Part shown: positions 1-8,521 of the stretch, one piece after another
Layout of the letters: every line of letters begins with the position of its first letter
Position numbering within the stretch: position 1 is the first letter of the stretch
Origin: Turneriella sp.
Lineage (GTDB): Bacteria; Spirochaetota; Leptospiria; Turneriellales; Turneriellaceae
Direction: 5' to 3'
Assembly (NCBI GenBank): GCA_965279515.1
Contig: CBDIID010000003.1
Coordinates: forward strand, 1,728,001-1,792,000
DNA: 64,000 nt
Made by a program: the position numbers and the translations under genes
Notes under the pieces: model-generated
The model's database searches: none
What the model was told of the DNA's origin: nothing
Seen by the model: the letters and a program-made list of their open reading frames with translations, nothing else

Positions 1-154
1 CATCACAATCAAATACTGGCCTGAGAACCCCGGCTGGGGTGAGTGGCAGGAAGCAACAAAAGCGGCGGCGTTTGCCCGCGTGCTCAATGCCAATCCGCCA
101 AAAGTTATTTCATCGAACCTTGACCGCTACGGCGTTGCGGGTTTTATCCGTTAA
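1..154 (+). CDS. 3' end of an unidentified CDS entering the window (partial)
   Basis: Frame from nt 2 is open (ITIKYWPENPGWGEWQEATK...YGVAGFIR*) to TAA at 152-154, overlapping the pdxH stop. Confidence 0.55.
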   Translation, partial: ITIKYWPENPGWGEWQEATKAAAFARVLNANPPKVISSNLDRYGVAGFIR

Positions 155-777
155 GGTTGCAGCCAGACGCGCCCGTACGTACCATCCGTGCTGCGGGTAT
201 AGAGTAACCTCTGGTGCAGGCGATTAGGTTGGCCCTGCCAGAATTCCACACTGTCGAAAGTGACCAGGTAGCCACCCCAATGTTCGGGCCGGGGTATCGC
301 CTTGCCGGCAAAACTTTTTTTCGCCTCTTCGAAGCGAATGCGCAGCTGGTTATAAGACTCTACGGGTTTACTTTGTGCAGATACCGCCGCAGCGACCTGT
401 GACTCGTGCGGGCGGCTGGCAAAGTATGCATCGGCCTCTGCTGCGGCAACCTGAGAAACTTTTCCCTCAAAGCGTACCTGCCGGTGCAGGGTGGGCCAGA
501 AGAAAACACCGGCGGCGGCTTGGCTTTGCGCCAGCTGATTTCCCTTAAGGCTTGCGCCGTTTGTATAGAAGGTTAATCCCGCCTGGGAAATATTTTTCGC
601 AAGCACCACGCGCACTGAAATTGCCTCACCCGCATGCGTCGCCAGTGAAAAGGCCGTCGCATCGTGTTCAACTTTAAGGGCCTCTTCGAGCCAGAGTTCG
701 ATGCCACGATGAGGCGCCATTGGCAGGGTAGAAATATCTTCTCCGGAGTAATCAGACCGAATCGCTGCTAAATCCAT
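151..777 (-). CDS. pdxH: Pyridoxine/pyridoxamine 5'-phosphate oxidase
   Basis: Motifs RVVLAK, FYTN..S.KG.QL, RQVRFEG, YFASRP, RPEHWGGY, EFWQGQPNRLHQR; start moved to ATG 777 (MDLAAIRSDY). Confidence 0.95.
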   Translation of the reverse strand: MDLAAIRSDYSGEDISTLPMAPHRGIELWLEEALKVEHDATAFSLATHAGEAISVRVVLAKNISQAGLTFYTNGASLKGNQLAQSQAAAGVFFWPTLHRQVRFEGKVSQVAAAEADAYFASRPHESQVAAAVSAQSKPVESYNQLRIRFEEAKKSFAGKAIPRPEHWGGYLVTFDSVEFWQGQPNRLHQRLLYTRSTDGTYGRVWLQP

Positions 778-795
778 GAAAGATTGTTCACTTTT
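776..795. promoter_or_regulatory. Candidate TetR-type operator (ATGAA-N6-TTCAC-TTTT) in the divergent pdxH/tetR gap
   Basis: Imperfect palindrome; the same motif recurs at 61770-61789. Confidence 0.4.
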
Positions 796-830
796 GCTAT
801 ACAGGCCGTCCGCCAAAAAAAGAATCGGAT

Positions 831-1436
831 ATGGCGAAAGAGGCTGTAGACCAACCCATCGGCAAACGCGACCAGACAAAAATACTGAACAAGCAGCAAA
901 TACTGGAAGCGGCCAAAAATCTGTTTGCCGACAAGGGTTTTGAAGCCACCAATGTGCGCGACATCATCCATGAGAGCAATCTCTCGCCCGGCACTTTTTA
1001 CAATTATTTCCAGAGTAAAGAAGAGATTTTTGAGGTTTTGACCGACGAAATTATCGGCGAGGTGCGCGGTCAGATCCAGGACTCATACAAGAATGTGAAG
1101 ATGGACCGCACAGAAATCATCAAGTCGCTGCAGAAGTTTTTCCAGATCTTTCTCGGCAATCCCCGCCTGATGAAGTTCCTGTCGCGCAACCAGTCATACC
1201 TGCGCGAACTGCGGAGCAAAGGCCGCTTCGACGACATGCTGAAAGACCTTGAACGTGCGCTCGAAGACGGCGTGAAAAACGGCATGCTGCCGCAGCTGCC
1301 GGTCAAGATCGTCGCCATCGCGGTTTTCGGCGCGGTTTTTGAGATCATCGCCACGATGGTGGCAACACCGAACTTTGCCGTCGACAAGGCCATTGAAACC
1401 TTGTCACAGCTGCTGTTCGTTCACACGGGAAAATAA
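831..1436 (+). CDS. TetR/AcrR family transcriptional regulator
   Basis: N-terminal HTH ILEAAKNLFADKGFEATNVRDI...SPGTFYNYFQSKEEI. Confidence 0.95.
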   Translation: MAKEAVDQPIGKRDQTKILNKQQILEAAKNLFADKGFEATNVRDIIHESNLSPGTFYNYFQSKEEIFEVLTDEIIGEVRGQIQDSYKNVKMDRTEIIKSLQKFFQIFLGNPRLMKFLSRNQSYLRELRSKGRFDDMLKDLERALEDGVKNGMLPQLPVKIVAIAVFGAVFEIIATMVATPNFAVDKAIETLSQLLFVHTGK

Positions 1437-1437
1437 A

Positions 1438-2757
1438 CTACTTTTTGGGTTCCGGGAACAGCAGTCCCAGGGCGACGAAATAGCGCATACGCGCGATCTC
1501 TTCGCGGTACTCGGCCGATGCACGCGAGGCACGCGCCAGCTGCAAATCTTCCAGCGCCTGAATCACATCGAGCGTGGTCGCAAGGCTCATGCGCAGGTCA
1601 CCCAGCTGGGCACGGTAATTTTTGTCTGCCGCCTCGGCAGAAGCACTGTATGCCGTCCGTTCAGCAACGGCTTTCGAGTAAGCTTCGCGTGCGTCTTCGA
1701 GCTCGGTACGTGCCTTCCGCTCTGCCTGCTTGAGTTCAAGTTCCGCCTGCCGCAGCCGCGACCGGGCGATATTCTGGTTTTCGAGAACCTGACCGCCCTG
1801 GAAAAACGGAAATTCGGCAACGACGCCGCCGAAATAAGAAGTCGCCTGGCTGTCGCTGAGCGCCGGGCGGTAAGAACCGTCGAGATAAATATTCGGCAGG
1901 TGTCCGCCGTCTGCCGCGGCGACTTCGTTTTTGCGGATCGAAACCACGGTCTTGCCGAGCGCGATATCCGCACGGTTGCTGAGATCGGTCTCTTCTTTGC
2001 CTGTGATGTCACGCGTGAAAGCGGTCGTGCTGGTATCCACGACAAAGTCGCCGGATAATCCCGTTAAAAACTGCAGGTAGCGCATTAACTGCGCCTGCTT
2101 CTCTTCCGCCGCCAGCAGATCCGCCTGCTTCTGGCGTAGCCGCGCCTCGGCCTTGAGGGCATCCCCGCGCTTGTTGCGGCCGATACCCACCCGCCGGCGT
2201 ATTTCAGAAAGATTAGATTCGGTCAGGCGCACTGCTTCGCCGGTCTGCTCGCTGAGCGTACGGCTGAGTTTCAGTTGCAGCGCCGCGTCGGCGATGTTCA
2301 GCAAATGCGCCGCGAGTTCGGCCCTGAGCCCCTGCTCTTCGGCGACACGTGTCAGCCGGGCACCAACGATGCCGGTATACTCGGTCAGCCCCGTCATGAT
2401 ATTTTGCCGGGCGGTGAAACGCACACCGGGCACGACGAATCCGGGCGCGGCCGGTGCATACTGGGCAGCGCTCACTGACAGGCGGGGCATCCACGCGCCA
2501 TAACTTCTGCGCACCTGGGCATCGGCGATGAACCCTTTCTCGGCGCTGATGGCGAGTTGCTCGGTGCGGTCGAGCGACAGGATGAATAGCTCTTCAATAG
2601 TGAAATTTTTTCGTGTGAAATCGATATCCGCGAGCCGTTTTTTTACGGCCGACTCGCGCAGCATCCGCTCGAACACAGGTTCAATCGTATTGTCGTTGAG
2701 CGTGACCGGGGCACTGCGGCAATGGATGGCAATGAGCAGGATAACAACATAGCGCAT
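1438..2757 (-). CDS. TolC-family outer membrane efflux protein (possible lipoprotein)
   Basis: Signal peptide with Cys; two OEP repeats (WMPRLSVSA, HLPNIYLDGSY, EFPFFQGG, TTLDVIQA). Confidence 0.88.
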   Translation of the reverse strand: MRYVVILLIAIHCRSAPVTLNDNTIEPVFERMLRESAVKKRLADIDFTRKNFTIEELFILSLDRTEQLAISAEKGFIADAQVRRSYGAWMPRLSVSAAQYAPAAPGFVVPGVRFTARQNIMTGLTEYTGIVGARLTRVAEEQGLRAELAAHLLNIADAALQLKLSRTLSEQTGEAVRLTESNLSEIRRRVGIGRNKRGDALKAEARLRQKQADLLAAEEKQAQLMRYLQFLTGLSGDFVVDTSTTAFTRDITGKEETDLSNRADIALGKTVVSIRKNEVAAADGGHLPNIYLDGSYRPALSDSQATSYFGGVVAEFPFFQGGQVLENQNIARSRLRQAELELKQAERKARTELEDAREAYSKAVAERTAYSASAEAADKNYRAQLGDLRMSLATTLDVIQALEDLQLARASRASAEYREEIARMRYFVALGLLFPEPKK

Positions 2758-2758
2758 G

Positions 2759-3376
2759 CTATTTACCGGCCTGCGTCAAGAGAAACGCGCCGGAGCCGAT
2801 CATCAAAACCGCAGCACCACGGATGGCATAAAACCCAACCCGTGCGCCGATATGTCCCCGGAATTTCTTAAAAATTTCCAAAAGGAGACTAAACCAGCAC
2901 ACGATGCCGATGCCGGCAGCGACCGGAAAAAGGACCATGTCCCAGAAGGAAATCTTGGTAAACCAGGAAAAGATCGTCGACGTCGCACTACCCCAGGTAA
3001 GAAACAACGTCGGGTTCAGAAAAGAGATCAGAAACCCCGAGAGCAAGCCAGCCTCTTTTTTACCTGAATCTGCCACATGCGCATCACTCATGTGGACCTT
3101 CTGGAACATAAAAACGATCCCGAGAACCAGCAAAAAAACAGCGCCGATGTAACGAATATATTTTGCAAGGTAAGGGTAGGCTGAGATAATCTGGACATAA
3201 CCGAACGTTGCCAGTGCACAATAGATAACTTCGGCGATAGCTGCACCGGCAACTACCCGCATCGCTGAACTGAAACTACCGCGCAGGCTGGAACGGAATA
3301 CAATAAGGGCAATCGGCCCCGTCACGGGCATTGAGCCGAGAAATCCGCAAGTGAAACCGAGAACGGCGCCGAGCAC
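2759..3376 (-). CDS. LysE family translocator
   Basis: Hydrophobic 205 aa; PVTGP near N-terminus, GFLISFLNP motif. Confidence 0.85.
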   Translation of the reverse strand: MLGAVLGFTCGFLGSMPVTGPIALIVFRSSLRGSFSSAMRVVAGAAIAEVIYCALATFGYVQIISAYPYLAKYIRYIGAVFLLVLGIVFMFQKVHMSDAHVADSGKKEAGLLSGFLISFLNPTLFLTWGSATSTIFSWFTKISFWDMVLFPVAAGIGIVCWFSLLLEIFKKFRGHIGARVGFYAIRGAAVLMIGSGAFLLTQAGK

Positions 3377-3390
3377 TAATTAGCCAACGG

Positions 3391-3891
3391 CTAACGGTTG
3401 ATCCGCTCTGTCACGGGAGAGCTGCCCTTGACGCCGATGATATCCACATATTTGACCGTTGGCTTGATGAGCCCTTCTTCAGCAAAGACATAGATGTGTT
3501 TAAGTTTTGATTCCTGTCCATTGATGGCAACATGGGCTGTGACTTTGCAGCCGCTTGCGGCAGCAAAATTCACGCGGATGACCCGGTCGGGAAAAGCCTT
3601 GAGCTGTACCAGAAGATCATCGCCCTTAAGTTCTTGCGACGAGATACCGTAAGCGATCCGCTCGAAACGACCGATGGGTTCATAGTTGTTAGGGCCGATT
3701 TCAAGATTCAGCCAGTAACCGTAAACCGCATCGCCCTCAACAGGCTTGCAGGTTTTTTCGTCGTAGCGCACGGCATAATGCACTTCATTTCTGTTCTTAT
3801 TGCGCTTTATGTGAAAGAGGTTCGCACGCGCCTCAGCAGCAAGTGCGCTGAAACCGGCGGCGATCAGGAAAAAAAATACGATCTTTTTCAT
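3391..3891 (-). CDS. Exported DUF4833-like protein
   Basis: Signal peptide; LFHIKRNKNRNEVHY, YGYW, ERIAYGI, PTVKYVDIIG pattern. Confidence 0.7.
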   Translation of the reverse strand: MKKIVFFFLIAAGFSALAAEARANLFHIKRNKNRNEVHYAVRYDEKTCKPVEGDAVYGYWLNLEIGPNNYEPIGRFERIAYGISSQELKGDDLLVQLKAFPDRVIRVNFAAASGCKVTAHVAINGQESKLKHIYVFAEEGLIKPTVKYVDIIGVKGSSPVTERINR

Positions 3892-3901
3892 CGTTAGCCG
3901 G

Positions 3902-4633
3902 TTACTTCTTTTTATCTACCATTTCTTCTTCAACGATGAGGAAATCTTCATCGTCGTCGTCGTCGAACACGCCCAGCACGTCGTCGTCTTCGATGATAAT
4001 TTCGTCAGACGGTGCCGTTTTGGTTTCTTTTTTCTCTTCGGTCCTCTTTTCGGCGACGATCTCTTCTTCGTCTTCGAGAAGAATAATTTCGTCGTCGTCT
4101 TCGTCGATCACGATTTCGTCTTTTTCGTTGAGCACTGCGGCTGCAGTCGCACCTGCGACAACACCGACGGCACCGGCGCCGACAACAGTGGCAGTCGTGG
4201 CAGCTGAAGATGAAGATTCTGCCTTCGCGGGTTCTGGCGCTTTCTCAGAAGCAGTCGAGCTCGGAGGCGGAGCGCTCACTGCGCTGACGGTTCCGGATGA
4301 TGAACTGACCGGCGCGGAGGATTCCTGGCGTGCCGGCTTGTCGGAACCCTTGAGGTTGTCGAGTTTCGCTATGATCGAGAGGATGCGGGTTTCGAGTTCT
4401 TGTTCTTTGGATTTGAGGCGGCTGAGTTCTTGCGTCGCTTCTTGCAGCTGCGACTGCCATTTCTGCGCTTCACGCTCACGCTCTTCGGCGGTCAGGCGCA
4501 GCTGGTCGTTGCTGGCCTTCAGGCGTTCGGATTCTGATTCGAGATGACTGTTTTCGACCCTGAGGTCTGAGATGAGTTCGAGCGCCTTGACAATACGACC
4601 TTCAAGCTGCTCAAGCTGTTCGAGAGTTACCAT
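3902..4633 (-). CDS. ZapB-like coiled-coil protein with long low-complexity acidic tail
   Basis: N-terminus MVTLEQLEQLEGRIVKALELISDLRVEN resembles spirochaete ZapB; about 90 aa heptad coil, S/A/P linker, D/E-rich tail. Confidence 0.65.
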   Translation of the reverse strand: MVTLEQLEQLEGRIVKALELISDLRVENSHLESESERLKASNDQLRLTAEEREREAQKWQSQLQEATQELSRLKSKEQELETRILSIIAKLDNLKGSDKPARQESSAPVSSSSGTVSAVSAPPPSSTASEKAPEPAKAESSSSAATTATVVGAGAVGVVAGATAAAVLNEKDEIVIDEDDDEIILLEDEEEIVAEKRTEEKKETKTAPSDEIIIEDDDVLGVFDDDDDEDFLIVEEEMVDKKK

Positions 4634-4777
4634 GGGTTTGGCTGTACTTCGAGCCCACTGCGGCGGGCAAGTCTTTTTTGACCGACCATCTGTGCATACC
4701 CGGCCGCCTACGGCAAGCCTGCGTACCTCAGCCCCTTTAAATACTTGAAATCCTGTGGAAGAATTTTATGCACTGCC

Positions 4778-6262
4778 ATGAGAAAATTGTTTCTAGCCGT
4801 GGCCGTTACACTCTGCCCTGTTTTTTATCTGCACGCCATTACCGTCGGCGTTTTCGATATCCGGGGGGATGTCGGCGGCGAGGGCGCCAGGCTGGCGGAT
4901 CTTGCTCAATCGCAGATGCAAAATGATAAATCCCTGACCATGCGCGACCGTGTGGCTGTGAAAACGATTATCGCCCAGCAGGAAAAATGCGCGGCCGGGC
5001 TCAAAGACTGCCCGGAACTTTCAGGACAGCTGAAAACCCTCGACGTCTATATCACCGGCGAAGCCATTTCACTCGCCGGGCAAAAACAGATTATCCTGCG
5101 CGCGGTGAAAACCGGTGACCAGAAAATCGCGGCATTGGCTGTGGGTAACGGAGCGACGCTGGAAAAAAGCATGGAAGAAGCGGCGGCCGAACTCAAAAAG
5201 AAAATGGCGGATGTAAAAACTGCGGACGCCGGCGCTTCTGAAAAATGGAAGGTGGCCATACAGCCGGTGCGCGCCGCAAACGAGCAGGCGCAAAAGCTGC
5301 CCGAACTTGCCGGCCTCGATTCGATGCTGATGCATGCACTCTCTAAACGCGCGGCATTCGACCTCGTCGAAACCAAAACCGACGACATTGTCGAAGCAGA
5401 AAAGATGCTGACACTCCAGGGTTTTGCACCTGGTGCGCTCGCCCCGGCAGGTTCAGACTATACACACTTCGTCACTGCCACCATCAAGGTCTACGACGAA
5501 TGGCGCACACTGTCTTACCAGGTGGTGAGTAAAAAGACAGGGACTCCCGTGATCTCAGACACCATAGAATGGAGCGTGAACCAAAGCCCGCAAAAAGCAC
5601 TCGATGAAATCGCCGAGAAAGCAGAGAGCGACGTCATGAAAGTTCTCGGTAAACTTGAGATCGCAGCGTGCGATCCCAGGGACGCGGTGATGAGCTTCGA
5701 ATTCAAAGATAACACGCGCGCACCGGAAGCCATCCAGTGCAAGACGCCACTCTTGATTGAGGATATCCCCGCCGGCGAATACACGCTGGTGTTTAAGCAT
5801 GAAGACCGCAATACGCTGACGCAGACTATCACGATCAAGGCGAAAGAAACCCTGAAGCTCGGTAAGATACAGCTGCCCGATATCGACATGACGCTCTTTC
5901 GTGAAGCGTCGCAGGCCGAAGGTTCGGGGAAATACGCGGACGCCAATTCGCTCTACTCGCAGTTCTACACAAAATACCCGCGGCACCGCATGGCATCGTA
6001 CGCGATGTACCGCGAAGGCTATGTGACGCAGCTGCGCCTCAGAAAAGTCGCCGATGGCCGCAAGATTCTTGAAAACGTCATCGCGCGCAAGCCCGATGCG
6101 GAGATCCGCAGCGAGGCCTATGTCGGCATGGCGCTCGGCTATAAAGCTGAAGGCGACGGCGCGAAAGCCAACGGTATTTTCCAGATGCTGACGGACCAGT
6201 ACGCGGGTACGACAGCGGCCGAATTCGCGCGCGAATGTCTCGAAGGCAAATGCAGTTTTTAA
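4778..6262 (+). CDS. Exported protein with CsgG/FlgO-like, PEGA-like and C-terminal TPR domains
   Basis: Signal peptide MRKLFLAVA; IEDIPAGEYTLVF (PEGA-like); YSQFYTKYPRHRMASYAMY and LTDQYAGT (YbgF-type TPR). Confidence 0.65.
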   Translation: MRKLFLAVAVTLCPVFYLHAITVGVFDIRGDVGGEGARLADLAQSQMQNDKSLTMRDRVAVKTIIAQQEKCAAGLKDCPELSGQLKTLDVYITGEAISLAGQKQIILRAVKTGDQKIAALAVGNGATLEKSMEEAAAELKKKMADVKTADAGASEKWKVAIQPVRAANEQAQKLPELAGLDSMLMHALSKRAAFDLVETKTDDIVEAEKMLTLQGFAPGALAPAGSDYTHFVTATIKVYDEWRTLSYQVVSKKTGTPVISDTIEWSVNQSPQKALDEIAEKAESDVMKVLGKLEIAACDPRDAVMSFEFKDNTRAPEAIQCKTPLLIEDIPAGEYTLVFKHEDRNTLTQTITIKAKETLKLGKIQLPDIDMTLFREASQAEGSGKYADANSLYSQFYTKYPRHRMASYAMYREGYVTQLRLRKVADGRKILENVIARKPDAEIRSEAYVGMALGYKAEGDGAKANGIFQMLTDQYAGTTAAEFARECLEGKCSF

Positions 6263-7281
6263 AGACGCTTAGCTTTGCCGCGGCGCTGGCGGCAGTCACT
6301 GGCGTGTCGGCGCTTGGCCGTGTGCGCGACGTGAACCCGCAGCGCAACCAGGTTACGATCATGACGAATAAGGCCGGCGAGTTCGGCATGGGTGCCACGG
6401 TTTATTTTTTCCGTCAGGGTAAGCCGACGGGTAAGGCGCAAGTGGGCCAGGCTTTCCATACGAAAGCCATTGCGCGCATCCTCGAGGGAAATCCGCGTGT
6501 CGATGACGATGCAACCACCACGAATAAGGCACCGAAGACGGGGCCCAAAATCAGCCGTGTTTCGTTCGGCGCCACCGGCGTGCAGGCACAGGAATTTCTC
6601 GTCGAAGTGCAGTTCGACAAACAGGAAAAGCAGCAGCGCAAGCTGACGCTCAATACGGAGATCGCCGCACAGATCGAGGGGGCGCCCGGCTTTATCGGCC
6701 TCAACTCTTCGCTGCTGAAAGAAATCCACATTATCTGGCAGAACGGCGCGCTGCGCGTCGACAAGGTACGCCTGAGCGACCGTTCGAATTTTACCCTGAG
6801 TGCATTCGTCGCAGCCGATCTCTATGCGAAGATTAAACCTTCGGCAGAGACACGCTCCGAAACGGTGAAGGGAAAAATTACGATCGTGAAAAAGGCGCGT
6901 GATCTCGGTAACCTCGCCGATGGCATTCAGGTTGACCTGAGAGTTCTCGCAAAAAATGAGCGTGTGAAAAACGGCAGCGTCTACAAGCTCAAGATTTATT
7001 GCAATGAACTTTTCGCATCGGAGTTTATCCTGCGGCCGCAGGGGGCCGACTTAACGGACGGCATTATGCTGAACCCGGTTGACTTAGCTCCGGTTGAGAA
7101 CAGCCTCGAGTTCCGCCTGGTCGAAGTCACCGAACAGGAAGACCTCATGCTTGAAACCGACAACAACCAGCTCATCGGTACGCTCCTGGTCGAGAGAGTG
7201 GCAAACGACCGCAATGCCCGTGTTGTGGTAACTTTGGCGGCGGGCCAGAACACAACCACGAACCAGATAAAGTCTCCTTGA
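6250..7281 (+). CDS. Exported hypothetical beta-rich protein
   Basis: Long ORF with signal peptide MQFLKTLSFAAALAA, overlapping the upstream stop. Confidence 0.65.
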   Translation: MQFLKTLSFAAALAAVTGVSALGRVRDVNPQRNQVTIMTNKAGEFGMGATVYFFRQGKPTGKAQVGQAFHTKAIARILEGNPRVDDDATTTNKAPKTGPKISRVSFGATGVQAQEFLVEVQFDKQEKQQRKLTLNTEIAAQIEGAPGFIGLNSSLLKEIHIIWQNGALRVDKVRLSDRSNFTLSAFVAADLYAKIKPSAETRSETVKGKITIVKKARDLGNLADGIQVDLRVLAKNERVKNGSVYKLKIYCNELFASEFILRPQGADLTDGIMLNPVDLAPVENSLEFRLVEVTEQEDLMLETDNNQLIGTLLVERVANDRNARVVVTLAAGQNTTTNQIKSP

Positions 7282-7312
7282 CGTGAAGATTTATGTTCGC
7301 ACTCAAGGCTAA

Positions 7313-8521
7313 ATGCGAACGCTCGTTTTTATCCGCTTTGCAGCCGCCAGCCTTCTGCTGTTCGGCGGCGCGGCCCTGTTAACGCAGGAAAAATCCACCG
7401 AAGAAACCTATCCGGTACGCATTATTCTCGAACCCCGCCTGGACGCAAAATTCTACCAGGTCGAGTGGCTGGAGCAGAACGATATCGAGGGGCAGGCCGC
7501 CGCACCGGCAAACGCAAGCCTCAGGGAAAAAATCACCAAAACAGATATCCGCCGCAACCTGCCGGTGCGCTTCAAATATTTCCGCCTGCGCTCGGCATAC
7601 CGCGACGGGCTCTATGGCCTGTGGGGCGAAGTTGTCGAAATCCAGCGCCCGGTGAAAACCACGCAGAAAACGGAAAAAACAGAGAAAGCTGAAAAACCCG
7701 CACGCAGCGACCAGGATATCTTTGTGCGTGTGATCGATAAGAACGGCAGGGAAAAATGGGTGCTCCATGGCAATTCCATCGCTCTCGACAAGCTAACGAA
7801 ACAAAACCCGCTTTTTTACGAAGTCCAATTCCTTGCGGACAAAGACGCGCCTGAAAACACCAATGGCCGCAAGAAATACGAAACCCCTCTGCAATTTACC
7901 CGCCCCGGCGAATACAAAATGAGTATCTATGCCAGCGATGACCCTGCGGCCGCGGCGCTGCAGACCTGGAACTTTTGGGTCTACACCGATGTGCCCCGTA
8001 CCTATGTGAAATTTTTTGCCCCGTTTCTGCACGGCAAAGGCGGATTCACCGTCGGTGGCAAAACCAAAATTGCCCTGTTGCCGCAATTCTCCCAGGTCGC
8101 GACCGATAAAATCGAATACAGGGTTTATAAAGACGCAGCGACTCCCGGCGCATGGGTGAAATACGAAGACGAAATTGAGGTGAACTCCTTCGCCAAAGGG
8201 CAATATGGTTATTTTAATGTGGAATTCCAAACGACCAATGTCGCGGGTATTACCGAGTTGCCACAGCACCGCCGTATGCTGATCGATGCGACCGGGCCCA
8301 TTATCGAAGAAGTTCCGGGTGCCGAACCCGGAATACTGCAGCTTTCATTTAAAGATGAAAATTTTCCGATCGTGGTGCGCGCCTACCAGGGCGGTAAACT
8401 CATCGAAGACAAATATTTCAGGCACTGGAATGCCCGCGACGTGGTTAAACTGCCCGCAGGCGCCGGCCTTGAAATCAGGGCGATTGATCTTCTGGGTAAC
8501 GAAACTATCTTAAAGAAGTAA
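7313..8521 (+). CDS. Exported protein with FN3/Ig-like (OmpL47-like) segments
   Basis: Signal peptide; KYFRLRS...GLWGE (FN3-like); DKIEYRV..W..Y...VEFQTTNVAG..E..IDATGP.I and RAIDLLGNE Ig-type motifs. Confidence 0.6.
   Translation: MRTLVFIRFAAASLLLFGGAALLTQEKSTEETYPVRIILEPRLDAKFYQVEWLEQNDIEGQAAAPANASLREKITKTDIRRNLPVRFKYFRLRSAYRDGLYGLWGEVVEIQRPVKTTQKTEKTEKAEKPARSDQDIFVRVIDKNGREKWVLHGNSIALDKLTKQNPLFYEVQFLADKDAPENTNGRKKYETPLQFTRPGEYKMSIYASDDPAAAALQTWNFWVYTDVPRTYVKFFAPFLHGKGGFTVGGKTKIALLPQFSQVATDKIEYRVYKDAATPGAWVKYEDEIEVNSFAKGQYGYFNVEFQTTNVAGITELPQHRRMLIDATGPIIEEVPGAEPGILQLSFKDENFPIVVRAYQGGKLIEDKYFRHWNARDVVKLPAGAGLEIRAIDLLGNETILKK

Noticed and set aside
793..805. TTTGCTATACAGG resembling the leptospiral LexA box TTTGCTATACAAA (recalled)
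   Set aside because: The right half-site is broken, it reads equally well as an extended -10 (TGnTATACA), and the flanking genes are not SOS-related.
3936..4547. Ser-rich plus-strand ORF and TCG/TCT tandem triplets
   Set aside because: Antisense reading of the Asp/Glu codons of the ZapB-like tail; not an independent repeat.
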